52,592 nt of DNA from Candidatus Bathyarchaeota archaeon UBA233 (GTDB taxonomy: Archaea; Thermoproteota; Bathyarchaeia; Bathyarchaeales; UBA233): the NCBI GenBank assembly GCA_002507245.1, contig DAZI01000077.1, positions 1 to 52,592 of the forward strand. Reading direction: 5' to 3'. Every line of letters starts with the position of its first letter. Position 1 is the stretch's first letter. The notes under the pieces are model-generated. The model made no database searches and was not told the origin of the DNA. It saw only the letters and a program-made list of their open reading frames with translations. Positions 19,044 to 28,324 of the stretch are shown one piece after another. The position numbers were made by a program, and so were the translations under genes.

Positions 19044-19466
19044 TTGGGGAAGAAAATGGAATATGAACAAATAGCACACTATGCGTTTATGGCATTTGTT
19101 GCTATAGCAATACTTGCAGGCTTGGCAGTAGGCTTCATGGCCTATGACGTACGTAACTGGCACGACCCCGCTGTAAAGGACATCAACGGATACATAACTC
19201 TACTTATGCTAATTCTTGGAATAATCGTCGGACTAATAAGCATAACCGCAAAAGAAGTTCAACCCTTCCTAATCGCCGCAATCGCCCTAATGGTTACTAG
19301 GGTAGGTGTAGGCACACAATTTGATGTCTGGAACCCGCTTACAAATCTTCATGAACTCCTATATTACTGGGCAACCGCCATCCTGAACTATATAGTCGCT
19401 TTTGTAGCCCCCGCAGCAGTAATAATCGCCATAAAAGCAGTCTACACAATGGCAAAAGAAAAGTAA
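19044..19466 (+). CDS. Hypothetical 4-TM membrane protein
   Basis: 140 aa with four hydrophobic helices. TTG start at 19044 or ATG at 19056. Confidence 0.5.
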   Translation: MGKKMEYEQIAHYAFMAFVAIAILAGLAVGFMAYDVRNWHDPAVKDINGYITLLMLILGIIVGLISITAKEVQPFLIAAIALMVTRVGVGTQFDVWNPLTNLHELLYYWATAILNYIVAFVAPAAVIIAIKAVYTMAKEK

Positions 19467-19514
19467 AATTCTACAAACCCCCTCTTCTTTTTCTAACCTT
19501 AAAACCAAAATTTT

Positions 19515-19592
19515 TGGTGGGGCTGCCCGGATTTGAACCGGGGTCCCGAGAGCCCGAGTCTCGGAGCCTAGACCAAGCTAGCCGACAGCCCC
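19515..19592 (-). tRNA. tRNA-Pro (anticodon CGG), CCA encoded
   Basis: The reverse complement folds as a cloverleaf. Acceptor is GGGGCUG/CAGCCCC. Anticodon stem is CGAGA/UCUCG with loop CUCGGGC. T-arm is CCCGG-UUCAAAU-CCGGG. Discriminator A is followed by genomic CCA. Confidence 0.9.
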
Positions 19593-19764
19593 ATTATAGG
19601 TTTCTGTACTTTAAGGATTATTTGGATTCTTTAACTTTAGGTTTACTGGAAAAATTCTTTAGATGAGTGACCTAAACTTTTTCTGTTATATAGAAATCTT
19701 CTATAAAGAGATTCCTTACGCATTAATATGATACGCTTTCACTGCTTGATTATAGGGGAAGGCC

Positions 19765-20442
19765 ATGAAAATAATAAGAATTGCTAGTGTAATCATCGCA
19801 ATAACGTTTATGCTTTCTGCGTCAGTGATGCCTCCGGTTTTAGGTTCTCTGACTAACATTATGGGAGACTTAGATGGAAACGGTGTTGTAAACATAAAAG
19901 ACTTAGCTATACTCATGCAAGCTTTTGGTGCTTATCCGGGACACATAAGATGGAACGCAGAAGCTGACTTAAATAGAGACGGGAAGATTGATATAATTGA
20001 TGCAGCTTTGCTCTTTAAACATATAGGTGAAACTGCTCCGACTAAAGTTGTAACTACAAGGGTTTTCGTGAAACCTCACAAATTAAAACTGAGTAGCCAC
20101 GGAAAATGGATTAAATGCATAATCGAAATTCCCAAGGATTATAACATAAGGGAGGTAGACCCCTCAACAATTAAGCTTAATGAAACAATTGGCATAGACT
20201 CCAATGCGCCTATTATTGCAGTAACTAAGGGTTGCACAAAGACTCCTCGATTAATGGTTAGATTTAGGAGAAATGAAGTAATAAGATTAATCAAAAATAC
20301 TTTAGACGAGATAGAAATAGAGGACCATGAAGAAGAGGAAGTTATAGTTCACCACGTCACATTAACAGTCACAGGTAAACTATCCAACAAAGTGTGGTTT
20401 AAAGGACATACAAGGATTCATGTTATCTTCAAAGAAGAATAG
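19765..20442 (+). CDS. Secreted dockerin-domain protein
   Basis: Signal peptide, then two dockerin-type Ca-binding repeats: GDLDGNGVVNIKDLAILMQAF and ADLNRDGKIDIIDAALLFKHI. An Ig-like C-terminal domain follows (KPHKLKLSSHGKWIKCIIEIPKDYNIREVDPSTIKLN). Confidence 0.75.
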   Translation: MKIIRIASVIIAITFMLSASVMPPVLGSLTNIMGDLDGNGVVNIKDLAILMQAFGAYPGHIRWNAEADLNRDGKIDIIDAALLFKHIGETAPTKVVTTRVFVKPHKLKLSSHGKWIKCIIEIPKDYNIREVDPSTIKLNETIGIDSNAPIIAVTKGCTKTPRLMVRFRRNEVIRLIKNTLDEIEIEDHEEEEVIVHHVTLTVTGKLSNKVWFKGHTRIHVIFKEE

Positions 20443-20571
20443 GGCTGTTTTCTCTGTAATTATATTCAGTTGAGAGAGAAACGTTTAGGAAGTATAATTT
20501 CTCTTCTTTACTATATTTTTAACGTAATGCGGAGAGATTTTAGCAAGTGATATTTAAAAGTTATATTTTAG

Positions 20572-20713
20572 TGGGGCCGGCCGGATTTGAACCGACGACC
20601 TACGGGTTTCCCTAACCGCTCCAGAAACTCGTCATCCCATGATGGTCCGCAAACCCATAGCCTTGCAAACACTTTCTGGAGCCCGTCGTCATACCTAGCT
20701 AGACTACGGCCCC
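20572..20713 (-). tRNA. tRNA-Trp (anticodon CCA) with a ~68-nt intron at the canonical 37/38 position
   Basis: The 5' exon (about 20676-20713) is GGGGCCG..ACGGG-CUCCAG. The 3' exon (about 20572-20607) is A-CCCGU-AGGUC-GUCGG-UUCAAAU-CCGGC-CGGCCCC-A. Acceptor, anticodon and T stems all pair. A relaxed bulge-helix-bulge is possible (CUC/GGG helix flanked by AGA and AAA bulges). No encoded CCA. Confidence 0.85.
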
Positions 20714-20878
20714 ACCAATATTTGAGACTACAAAATTTGGATATATAGGTTTCTAAGGTAAAGTATCCAGTCTTGATTGTGTATATGAATCATGATTTCA
20801 CAATCCTAATTAATCATAGCCTAACACAACTTTACGGACAGTGGTATTGAGTAAAATTCGCTATAAGGCGCTACGGAA

Positions 20879-22630
20879 ATGCAGAGAAATAGAAGGTTAA
20901 AGAGAGATAAGCGTAGTTCTTCTAAATCTTTAGAACTTGAAACTACCGTGATTGATGCTGTTAAGAGAAAAGGAGAAATTGAACGCCTTAAAGATTTTAA
21001 TGAACGTATTATTCGATGCATCGAAGAAGGCATACTCATCAACGACGTTAATGGTTACATAACGTTTGTTAATCCTAAAATGGTAGAAATGCTTGGTTAT
21101 ATGGAACATGAACTTTTAGGTAAACATTGGAAAAAGATAGTGCCACCAGCTTACTATAAGAAGGTTGAAGAAGAAATTAGTAGAAGACCCAGAGGAGAGA
21201 AAAGTAGTTACGAAATTTGTCTATTATCTAAAGACGGAAAGGAAATACCCGTAATTGTAAGTGCCACACCAATCTTTGAAGATGGAAGGTATGCTGGAGA
21301 TTTAGCAGCATTCACTGATATCACTGAAAGAAAGAAGGCAGAGGAAGAAATAAACTACATGCGATTATTAGACCAGTGTCAAAGTCTCATTTCGACAAAA
21401 TTCATCACCGAAAAGAAAATCGACAGGGCAATTAACGAATCGCTAAAAATCCTCGGGGAAACAGTAAAAGTAAACAGGGTATACCTCTTCATGATTAGAG
21501 AAAACGAGGAAGTTATAGATAACACCCATGAGTGGTGTAGCAAAGGAACAACTTCCCAGATTGAAAACATGCAAGGCTTAAAAGGTGAAACCTTTCCATG
21601 GTGGGCAGGAAAACTACTCAAGAACGAAGCAATTATCGTTTCAGATATCAATAAACTTCCGCCAGAGGCTGAAGCTGAAAGGAAAGTCTTGGAAACACAG
21701 AACGTTCGTTCCCTAGTAGTGGTGCCGATTTACCTCGAAGGAGAACTAAAGGGATTCATAGGATTTGACGATACAAAAAGAAAGAGAAAATGGAAAGAAG
21801 AAGAAGTAGCCTTGCTTAGAACAGTAGCTGGAATATTAATATCAGCCATTAGAAGAAAACAAGCTGAAAAAGAACTGAAAGAATACGCAGAAAACCTTGA
21901 GGCTCTAGTTCAACAACGTACAAGAGCTCTAAAAGAATCCCAAGAAAAACTATTGAAATCCCAACGAATGGCAACCATCGGAGAAATAGCTGCAATGGTT
22001 GGACATGACTTGCGCAACCCGTTGACAGGTATTGCAGGCGCTGCATACTATCTGAAAATGCATCTAGGCCCAAAAATCGATAAGAAATCGAGAGAAATGT
22101 TAAAGGTAATTGAAAAAGACATCGAATACGCAAACAAAATTATAAATGACCTACTAGAACTTTCAAAGGAAATTCGGCTAGAGCTAACTCCAACCACACT
22201 CAAGTCAATTATCAGAGAAACCCTTTCTCAAATCGAAATCCCCAAAAATGTGCAAATAAGAAACAAAATACATGCGACATCAAGAAGGATAATTGTTGAT
22301 AAAAACAAGATAAAAAGAGTATTTCTCAATCTGATTAAAAACGCGTTGGATGCCATGCCTAACGGAGGCAGACTCGAAATAAGATCAGAAGAAGAGGAAG
22401 AGGCGCTGAAGATAACCGTCTGCGACACTGGAATAGGAATACCTAAAGAAATGATTAAGAAGATATGGACGCCTTTCTTTACGACCAAGGCTAAGGGGTT
22501 AGGACTTGGATTACCAATATGCAAACGTATAATTGAAGCCCACGGAGGCACAATAACCGTCAAAAGTAGGAAAGGAAAAGGCACATGTTTTACTATCAAG
22601 ATTCCTTATAGGATGAAAGGAAAGAAATAA
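20879..22630 (+). CDS. Cytoplasmic sensor histidine kinase (PAS-GAF-HisKA-HATPase_c)
   Basis: PAS block (GILINDVNGYITFVNPKMVEMLGY), GAF-like middle region, H-box VGHDLRNPL, N-box NLIKNALDA and G-boxes DTGIGIP / GLGLGLPICK. No TM segment and no adjacent response regulator. Confidence 0.88.
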   Translation: MQRNRRLKRDKRSSSKSLELETTVIDAVKRKGEIERLKDFNERIIRCIEEGILINDVNGYITFVNPKMVEMLGYMEHELLGKHWKKIVPPAYYKKVEEEISRRPRGEKSSYEICLLSKDGKEIPVIVSATPIFEDGRYAGDLAAFTDITERKKAEEEINYMRLLDQCQSLISTKFITEKKIDRAINESLKILGETVKVNRVYLFMIRENEEVIDNTHEWCSKGTTSQIENMQGLKGETFPWWAGKLLKNEAIIVSDINKLPPEAEAERKVLETQNVRSLVVVPIYLEGELKGFIGFDDTKRKRKWKEEEVALLRTVAGILISAIRRKQAEKELKEYAENLEALVQQRTRALKESQEKLLKSQRMATIGEIAAMVGHDLRNPLTGIAGAAYYLKMHLGPKIDKKSREMLKVIEKDIEYANKIINDLLELSKEIRLELTPTTLKSIIRETLSQIEIPKNVQIRNKIHATSRRIIVDKNKIKRVFLNLIKNALDAMPNGGRLEIRSEEEEEALKITVCDTGIGIPKEMIKKIWTPFFTTKAKGLGLGLPICKRIIEAHGGTITVKSRKGKGTCFTIKIPYRMKGKK

Positions 22631-22733
22631 TCTTTAATGATGTTGTTCAGCTGTCTAACGTCCAATTTTTTAAAGAAACAATTCGGCAGAAGAAAAGCGA
22701 AAAGTTAATGTGTTTAAACTTCACGTGTATTTT

Positions 22734-22859
22734 GGGGTTAGCCGGCCATAGGGCGCGGGTTCCACCCGAACTCATTCCGAACTCGGAAGTTAAACCGCGC
22801 TCCGTTCCCGGCTGTAGTGTGGTCTTCGGCCACGCGAACCCGGGAAAGCCGGCAGCCCC
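22734..22859 (+). rRNA. rrf: 5S ribosomal RNA (stand-alone, not linked to 16S/23S in this window)
   Basis: The ends GGGGUUAGCCGGC...GCCGGCAGCCCC form helix I. The internal CCACCCGAACUCAUUCCGAACUCGGAAGUUAAAC is the classic 5S loop B/helix III signature. Confidence 0.9.
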
Positions 22860-22942
22860 ACTTAAACGTTAAACTACATACGTGTTTAATGTGGAGTGGA
22901 AATCCCCAAAATTTATAACCGTGGTTTACCAGTGGTGAACGT

Positions 22943-24088
22943 GTGATAGGGTTGATGTTCCCAGCAGTTGTCAATGTTTCGCAGATTGCCCAGCCGTTTC
23001 TGGACGAAAACTTCGGCTGGATCGTTAATGTGCTCTTCTATCTTTTCTTCATAGTGTTCATTTTCTATGGACAGAGAATCCAGATGTATGTTATGCTTAA
23101 AGAAGTGGAAGGCTCGCTTCTCCGTTTGAAATATATAAAAGAAGAAGGAAGGAAAATAGCTATTGAAACTATTAAGGAGATAGGTAAACCTCAGGATGAT
23201 CCTTCCCAACGGGTAGACAGGTTCCTTGAATATTTCGCCCTTCCGCCAGAAAGTATGGATCCAGCTGGAATCGTCTGGAAGCTGGAGCATATTCTTGATG
23301 TTAGGGACAACCGTTTCAAGGATGAAGTCAGACTGATGGCTCCTGCAGCAAATGAAACACAGATAAACAATTTAGAAAATACTTTGGAGGCTGCATTAGC
23401 TCTAAATTACATTTACAAGGTTGTTCGCCACTTCTATATTCTCGGCAAAAAAACGTTAAGTCTCTACATTATTATGCAGCTTCAGATGATTCTACCCCTT
23501 GTGATGCGAGAAGCTGAAGCCTATGCCAGCGCGCTTAAGGCCTTTGCTTACGGACAACCTATAGGGGATGGAATAGGCGCGTTAGTGGCAGCCAAATTGA
23601 TGTATGGGCACGAGAAAAGGAAGATTGCTAAGGATTGTGTTGTAGCAACTGTTCCGCTTGAGGGAAGAACAGCCTATGTGGTAAAAGCTGAAGGCCCAGG
23701 TGGAAACGTTGGAAAGCCAGGGGAAGCCATGAAAACAATTATTGAAGAAAACGGCGGAAACATAGCCACCATAATCGTCGTTGACGCAGCTTTGAAACTT
23801 GAGGGAGAGAAACCTGGCGAAGTAGCTGAAGGAATAGGAGTGGCAATAGGCGGACCGGGAGTTGAAAAGTTTAAAGTTGAAGAATCGTTATTAAAATATC
23901 GTATTCCAATAAATGCGGTGATAATTAAGGAAGATGTTGGAGACGCAGTCTCGCCAATGCGAAAGGAAATTTTCGAAGCTGCTAATGAGGCGATTAAACG
24001 TATAAAACGCGTTATACAGGAGAAAACTAAGGAAGGCGATTCACTTATAATTGCTGGGATAGGTAATACCATCGGAATTGGGCAATAA
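22943..24088 (+). CDS. Conserved archaeal hypothetical protein (possibly DUF1512 family), N-terminally membrane-anchored
   Basis: About 377-381 aa with N-terminal hydrophobic helices then a soluble domain. The size and architecture recall archaeal DUF1512, from memory only. GTG start at 22943 or ATG at 22955. Confidence 0.45.
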   Translation: MIGLMFPAVVNVSQIAQPFLDENFGWIVNVLFYLFFIVFIFYGQRIQMYVMLKEVEGSLLRLKYIKEEGRKIAIETIKEIGKPQDDPSQRVDRFLEYFALPPESMDPAGIVWKLEHILDVRDNRFKDEVRLMAPAANETQINNLENTLEAALALNYIYKVVRHFYILGKKTLSLYIIMQLQMILPLVMREAEAYASALKAFAYGQPIGDGIGALVAAKLMYGHEKRKIAKDCVVATVPLEGRTAYVVKAEGPGGNVGKPGEAMKTIIEENGGNIATIIVVDAALKLEGEKPGEVAEGIGVAIGGPGVEKFKVEESLLKYRIPINAVIIKEDVGDAVSPMRKEIFEAANEAIKRIKRVIQEKTKEGDSLIIAGIGNTIGIGQ

Positions 24089-24111
24089 TTAAGGAAAAAG
24101 GAGTTGAGAGT

Positions 24112-24543
24112 TTGGCTGATAAAAGCTCTGAAACAACAGGAACCACTGAAACTACAGCTAGGAGAATTTCCTCTTTCGTTCTTGTTGTAATATTCGTCAC
24201 GTTAGCGCTTTCTTTAGTGGCGCTATATTTCTCCATGGAAATATACCCAAGAAACGAGGCGGCTGCTGGGTATTTCCTCCTAATAGGATTTATCGGTTTA
24301 GCTCTGTCTTCCTATATGTTGCTCCAGATGAGAAAACGTGTTCTAAAATGGCGGCTAAAACTTCCACCAATAATGACAATCATTGAATGCCAGAAATGTG
24401 GCTTTAAGAATGTTAGAGAATTCAAACGTGGGGACTATGTTTTCAAGCAAATGGGTGCATGCGAAAAATGCAATGAACCAGTGATGATCACGGGAATTTA
24501 TCGTGAAATAAAGGAGCAAAAGAAGAAAGAAGAAAAGTTTTAA
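24112..24543 (+). CDS. Membrane protein with C-terminal zinc ribbon
   Basis: Two TM helices followed by CQKCGF...CEKCNE (CxxC-x22-CxxC). Confidence 0.5.
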   Translation: MADKSSETTGTTETTARRISSFVLVVIFVTLALSLVALYFSMEIYPRNEAAAGYFLLIGFIGLALSSYMLLQMRKRVLKWRLKLPPIMTIIECQKCGFKNVREFKRGDYVFKQMGACEKCNEPVMITGIYREIKEQKKKEEKF

Positions 24544-25445
24544 GTTAAAACTTGACAAGAGTCTTCCAAAATTAGCACTGTGTGTTCAGCCTGTGCAACA
24601 GGTTTTCGGCTGACTTCTACGAAAACGGGGTATTTCATCACACTTCGGGATGAAATAAGTTCCTTAAACGCTTTCTCGTAGCTTTCTTCGACTGTGAATT
24701 TCTTAAGCCATCTTTCAGTAAATGGTAAGGTATAGAAGGTTTTTTGAATGTATTCGAGGAGCCTTTTTGCCAAGGAACTCTTTACAGATTTTTTCTTAAT
24801 AAAACGGAAGATGTGAGCTTCTTTCCCATTTCGAACTTTTCCAACAGCGCTAGGAAGCGTTACGAAGGGTTCTATAGCGTAGACTTCACCAACCTTAATC
24901 TTTGAAAGTGACAAATGGGCGACGTTTGGCAAGGATTTTCCAGCATGGACTTGGTATCTTCCAATTAAGTGTCCGGTTAGGTTAGAAACTGGTTTGAAAC
25001 CTCGCGAGGTTATAGCTTCTTCGATTATTGCTCCTAATTTAGAAACAAACATGCCTGCGTGAATCGTTTCTATAGCTTTCTTTAACGCTTCCTCAGCGGT
25101 TCTTACCATACTTTCGTACTTAGGGTTGAAGCATAAGGTTATGGCGGTATCGGTTAAGTATCCGTCTATATGAGCGCCTAGATCAATTTTTACTATGGAA
25201 TTCGCTGGAATTGTTTTTTCATCATCAAGCGGAGACGTGTAGTGAGCAGCTATTTCGTTAACTGAAACATTACAAGGAAACGCTGGATGAGCGCCTTTCT
25301 CTCTTATGAGAGCTTCAGCTTTTTCGCAAATTTCTATAATTGGCATTCCAACCTTAACAAACCGTCTAAGTTCCTCTCTTGTCTCAGCTAGAATTCTTCC
25401 AGCCGATTCATATCGTTTCAAGACCTCTTCGTCTAAAACACTCAT
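24540..25445 (-). CDS. map: Methionine aminopeptidase, type 2 (archaeal)
   Basis: The pita-bread fold blocks AFPCNVSVNEIAAHY, KIDLGAHIDGY, NLTGHLIGRY, YAIEPF and AQAEHTV are present. The start is taken at the internal Met (MSVLDEE), because the 25-aa extension to 25520 would collide with the divergent gene. Confidence 0.85.
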   Translation of the reverse strand: MSVLDEEVLKRYESAGRILAETREELRRFVKVGMPIIEICEKAEALIREKGAHPAFPCNVSVNEIAAHYTSPLDDEKTIPANSIVKIDLGAHIDGYLTDTAITLCFNPKYESMVRTAEEALKKAIETIHAGMFVSKLGAIIEEAITSRGFKPVSNLTGHLIGRYQVHAGKSLPNVAHLSLSKIKVGEVYAIEPFVTLPSAVGKVRNGKEAHIFRFIKKKSVKSSLAKRLLEYIQKTFYTLPFTERWLKKFTVEESYEKAFKELISSRSVMKYPVFVEVSRKPVAQAEHTVLILEDSCQVLT

Positions 25446-25512
25446 TTTTTCACGTATTCTTTTTAAGCGAGTTAGAAACCTAAAAAGTTTAGGATGGGAC
25501 GGGGCGAACAAG

Positions 25513-26184
25513 TTGGCCAAAATAAAATGGTTAGGACATTCAGCTTTTGAGCTTAAGCTAGCTGAGAAAACGGTTTTTATAGACCCTTGGATTGAAGGAA
25601 ATCCTAAGTCACCAATAAAATTATCTGAGGTAACTCATGCAGATGTTATCTGTGTTACACATGACCACGGCGACCACTTAGGTGATGCTTTCAGCATATG
25701 CAAAAAAACAAAAGCTGTTTTAGTTGCAACCTTCGAGTTGTGTAACTATGCTCAAAGTAACGGCGTCCAAAATGTTGTTGGAATGAACATCGGCGGAACA
25801 GCTGAGGTAAAAGGCCTAAAGATAACAATGGTTCAAGCGTTTCATACAGCTGCAAGGGGAGCGCCTACAGGATTCGTTCTCCAAGGAGGGGGAAAGATCG
25901 TTTATCATGCCGGCGACACTGGACTATTTGGGGATATGCAGTTAATCGGCAAGCTTTACCATCCAAACGTGGCACTTCTTCCCATGGGAAGTTACTACAC
26001 CATGGGTCCGTTGGAAGCAGCTGAAGCTGTTAGGTTAATTACTCCTGAAATAGTAGTTCCCATGCATTATCAAACGTTTCCAGTGTTGGTGCAGTCCATC
26101 GATGAATTCACAAAATTTGTGAGGGAGAAGGCGCCTCAGGTGAAAGTAGTAGGGTTAAAGCCTGGCGAATACTTCGATTTTTAG
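25513..26184 (+). CDS. UPF0173-type metallo-beta-lactamase-fold hydrolase
   Basis: KIKWLGHSAFELK and the VTHDHGDHLGDA (HxHxDH) motif. The likely TTG start is at 25513. The listed ORF start at 25306 is an antisense read-through of the map gene. Confidence 0.8.
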   Translation: MAKIKWLGHSAFELKLAEKTVFIDPWIEGNPKSPIKLSEVTHADVICVTHDHGDHLGDAFSICKKTKAVLVATFELCNYAQSNGVQNVVGMNIGGTAEVKGLKITMVQAFHTAARGAPTGFVLQGGGKIVYHAGDTGLFGDMQLIGKLYHPNVALLPMGSYYTMGPLEAAEAVRLITPEIVVPMHYQTFPVLVQSIDEFTKFVREKAPQVKVVGLKPGEYFDF

Positions 26185-26199
26185 TCCATTCTTTTTTAC

Positions 26200-26778
26200 T
26201 TATGTCTCCGGCGTCATTATTTCCGGATTAAGTGTCGTAAATTGATTTCCACCCATATGATAGATTAGTTTAATTTTTTCAAGATCGTATGTTTTATTGA
26301 AAGCATCTTTATCCACATAGGCAGCTAGGACTTCACCGATAAATAGGGTGTGATCTCCTGTTGGCACTTGATTGAAAAGTTTGCATTCCAAAAAGGTCAC
26401 ACATTCTTTTATAATCGGTGGTTTAACTTTTCTAGCTGGAAGTGGTGTCAATCCAGTTTCTCGGAACTTGTCAATATCTTTGCCGCTTTTCCTTCCGCAG
26501 AAGAACATTTCGTTTAAAATTTCTGTAGTTGGGATGTTTATGACAAATTCTTTTGTTTTTTCAATTAAACCATGAGAGTGCCTAGAAGGAGATATGCTCA
26601 CTGCTATCAGAGGGGGATTAATCGATGTGGGTATAGCCCAAGCCAGAGTAATTATGTTAGCTCTTTCAGCTTCATCAACACAAGTCAGAAGCACGGTAAG
26701 CTTTGGGTGAAGCAATCTGAAAAACGAAGGCCCGACAATATCTATGGTTGATTTCTCCAAGTTTTTTCCTCCAATCAT
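26200..26778 (-). CDS. Flavin reductase-like (FMN-binding split-barrel) protein
   Basis: 192 aa with ITLAWAIPTSINPPLIAVSISPSRHSH and TGDHTLFIGEV, as in the flavin reductase-like domain family. Confidence 0.7.
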   Translation of the reverse strand: MIGGKNLEKSTIDIVGPSFFRLLHPKLTVLLTCVDEAERANIITLAWAIPTSINPPLIAVSISPSRHSHGLIEKTKEFVINIPTTEILNEMFFCGRKSGKDIDKFRETGLTPLPARKVKPPIIKECVTFLECKLFNQVPTGDHTLFIGEVLAAYVDKDAFNKTYDLEKIKLIYHMGGNQFTTLNPEIMTPET

Positions 26779-27004
26779 CTTAAGAGAGAATGTAGAAAAG
26801 GGGCTGGACGCTTAAAAGGTTTAAGATTATTCGAAATAAAGTTTAAGTATTCCAATGTATATCTAAAGCTTGAATTGGTGAACGCCTTGGAATGGCCTTA
26901 ACTCCGCGGTTTCATTCATGTTTTGTTTTGTTAATCTACACGCTTAACCTTAAAAGCTTCTTCTGCCACACATTCTCGCTTAAGTCAACGGAGGTTCTAG
27001 TATA

Positions 27005-28126
27005 GTGTCCGAAAATGATGGAAAGAAAAGTGAAATGATTCTCCTTGATCCGTTTGGCACCACAATAGTTAAGGATTATGAAAGGCTCTACAAGGAGTTT
27101 GGCATAGAACCACTCAAACCATTGCTTTCAAGAATCAAGAACCCGTTCATGGCTATGCGTAGAGGAATAGTTTTTGGGCATAGGGATTTCGGAAAAATTG
27201 TGGAATGCATGGAGGAAGGAAAGGAATTTGCGGTATTAAGCGGGATAAAGCCTACAGGCGAATTTCATCTTGGAACACTGATGACAGCCAGAGAGATCAT
27301 TTACTTCCAGCAGCAAGGCGCTAAAACCTTCTATTGCATAGCCGACATCGAAGCCTACGAAGATAACAAAATCCCCTTCGAAAAAAGCGAAAAATACGCT
27401 ATAGGTAACATAGCCGACGTACTAGCCCTAGGGCTTGATCCGAAAAAAGCTTACATTTACCGTCAATCTAAAGAAAACCGCGTGAAAGATCTCGCCATAA
27501 TTTTCGGAAGAGCAGTTACTCTAGCTACTATGAAAGCCATCTATGGTGAAAGACATATGGGGCTCTACCTATCCGCCCTAATACAAGTGGGAGACATACT
27601 TCTTCCACAGCTCCCAGACTTCGGAGGCCCCAAACCAACTATAGTGCCCGTAGGGGTTGACCAAGATCCCCATCTGCGTTTTTCTCGAGACTTGGCTCAG
27701 AAGTTCCGTAGAAAATACGGGTTCGAATCTCCTTCCGCCACTTACCATAAGATAATCAAGGGATTAGATGGTTCACCTAAAATGAGCAAAAGGTCACCTA
27801 TGGGTTACTTTACACTAGATGAAAAACCAGAAATTATTGCGGAAAAAATTTCCAACGCCTTTACTGGAGGGAGACCTACCATAAAAGAGCAACGGGAAAA
27901 AGGCGGAATACCAGAGATATGCCCAGTTTACGAAATTGACATGTTCCATTTTGTTGAAGACGATAAGGAGGTAGCGAAAACCTATCGTGACTGCAAAACT
28001 GGAAGGCTCTTATGCGGTGAACATAAAAAACGAACCATTGAATATGTCTTAAAATTCGTTAAGGAACATGGAGAGAAACGCAGGAAGTATTTAGATAAAG
28101 CCCGGGAAATACTTCAAGTGGAATAA
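27005..28126 (+). CDS. trpS: Tryptophanyl-tRNA synthetase (archaeal/eukaryal type)
   Basis: N-terminal LDPFGTT..DYERLYKEFGIEPL, HIGH-like PTGEFHLGT, KMSKRSP (KMSKS) and a length of about 370 aa fit archaeal TrpRS rather than TyrRS. GTG start. Confidence 0.8.
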   Translation: MSENDGKKSEMILLDPFGTTIVKDYERLYKEFGIEPLKPLLSRIKNPFMAMRRGIVFGHRDFGKIVECMEEGKEFAVLSGIKPTGEFHLGTLMTAREIIYFQQQGAKTFYCIADIEAYEDNKIPFEKSEKYAIGNIADVLALGLDPKKAYIYRQSKENRVKDLAIIFGRAVTLATMKAIYGERHMGLYLSALIQVGDILLPQLPDFGGPKPTIVPVGVDQDPHLRFSRDLAQKFRRKYGFESPSATYHKIIKGLDGSPKMSKRSPMGYFTLDEKPEIIAEKISNAFTGGRPTIKEQREKGGIPEICPVYEIDMFHFVEDDKEVAKTYRDCKTGRLLCGEHKKRTIEYVLKFVKEHGEKRRKYLDKAREILQVE

Positions 28127-28324
28127 AACATAAATCCTTCTATGCATATAATAGGTGCGGTTGAGAAGGGATGTCCTGCCAATTTACCTTAAACAGTTAT
28201 TAAACGTTCAAACAGGTCAACCTAAAGCTATTTTTGAAAAGTTTCACTTTTGCAAACTTTTATTGCCCTATTCATCTACTACACTAGCAATTCAGCAGCT
28301 AAAAAATTCAAGGAGAAAAACCTA

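Noticed and set aside
20608-20675. Box C/D sRNA inside the tRNA-Trp intron
   Set aside because: Only a one-mismatch C-box-like AUGACGA is present. No CUGA D/D' box and no terminal C/D pairing were found, so a canonical C/D guide cannot be supported from sequence alone. The complementarity is reported as a finding instead.
22738-23290. Minus-strand ORFs 22738..22974 and 22913..23290
   Set aside because: They overlap the 5S rRNA gene and the 5' end of the downstream CDS, and are artefacts of the GC-rich rRNA sequence lacking stops.
25306-25512. N-terminal 69 codons of listed ORF 25306..26184
   Set aside because: This part is antisense to the methionine aminopeptidase gene. The UPF0173 hydrolase family begins at the KIKWLGHSAF block, and an in-frame TTG at 25513 gives a normal-length protein.
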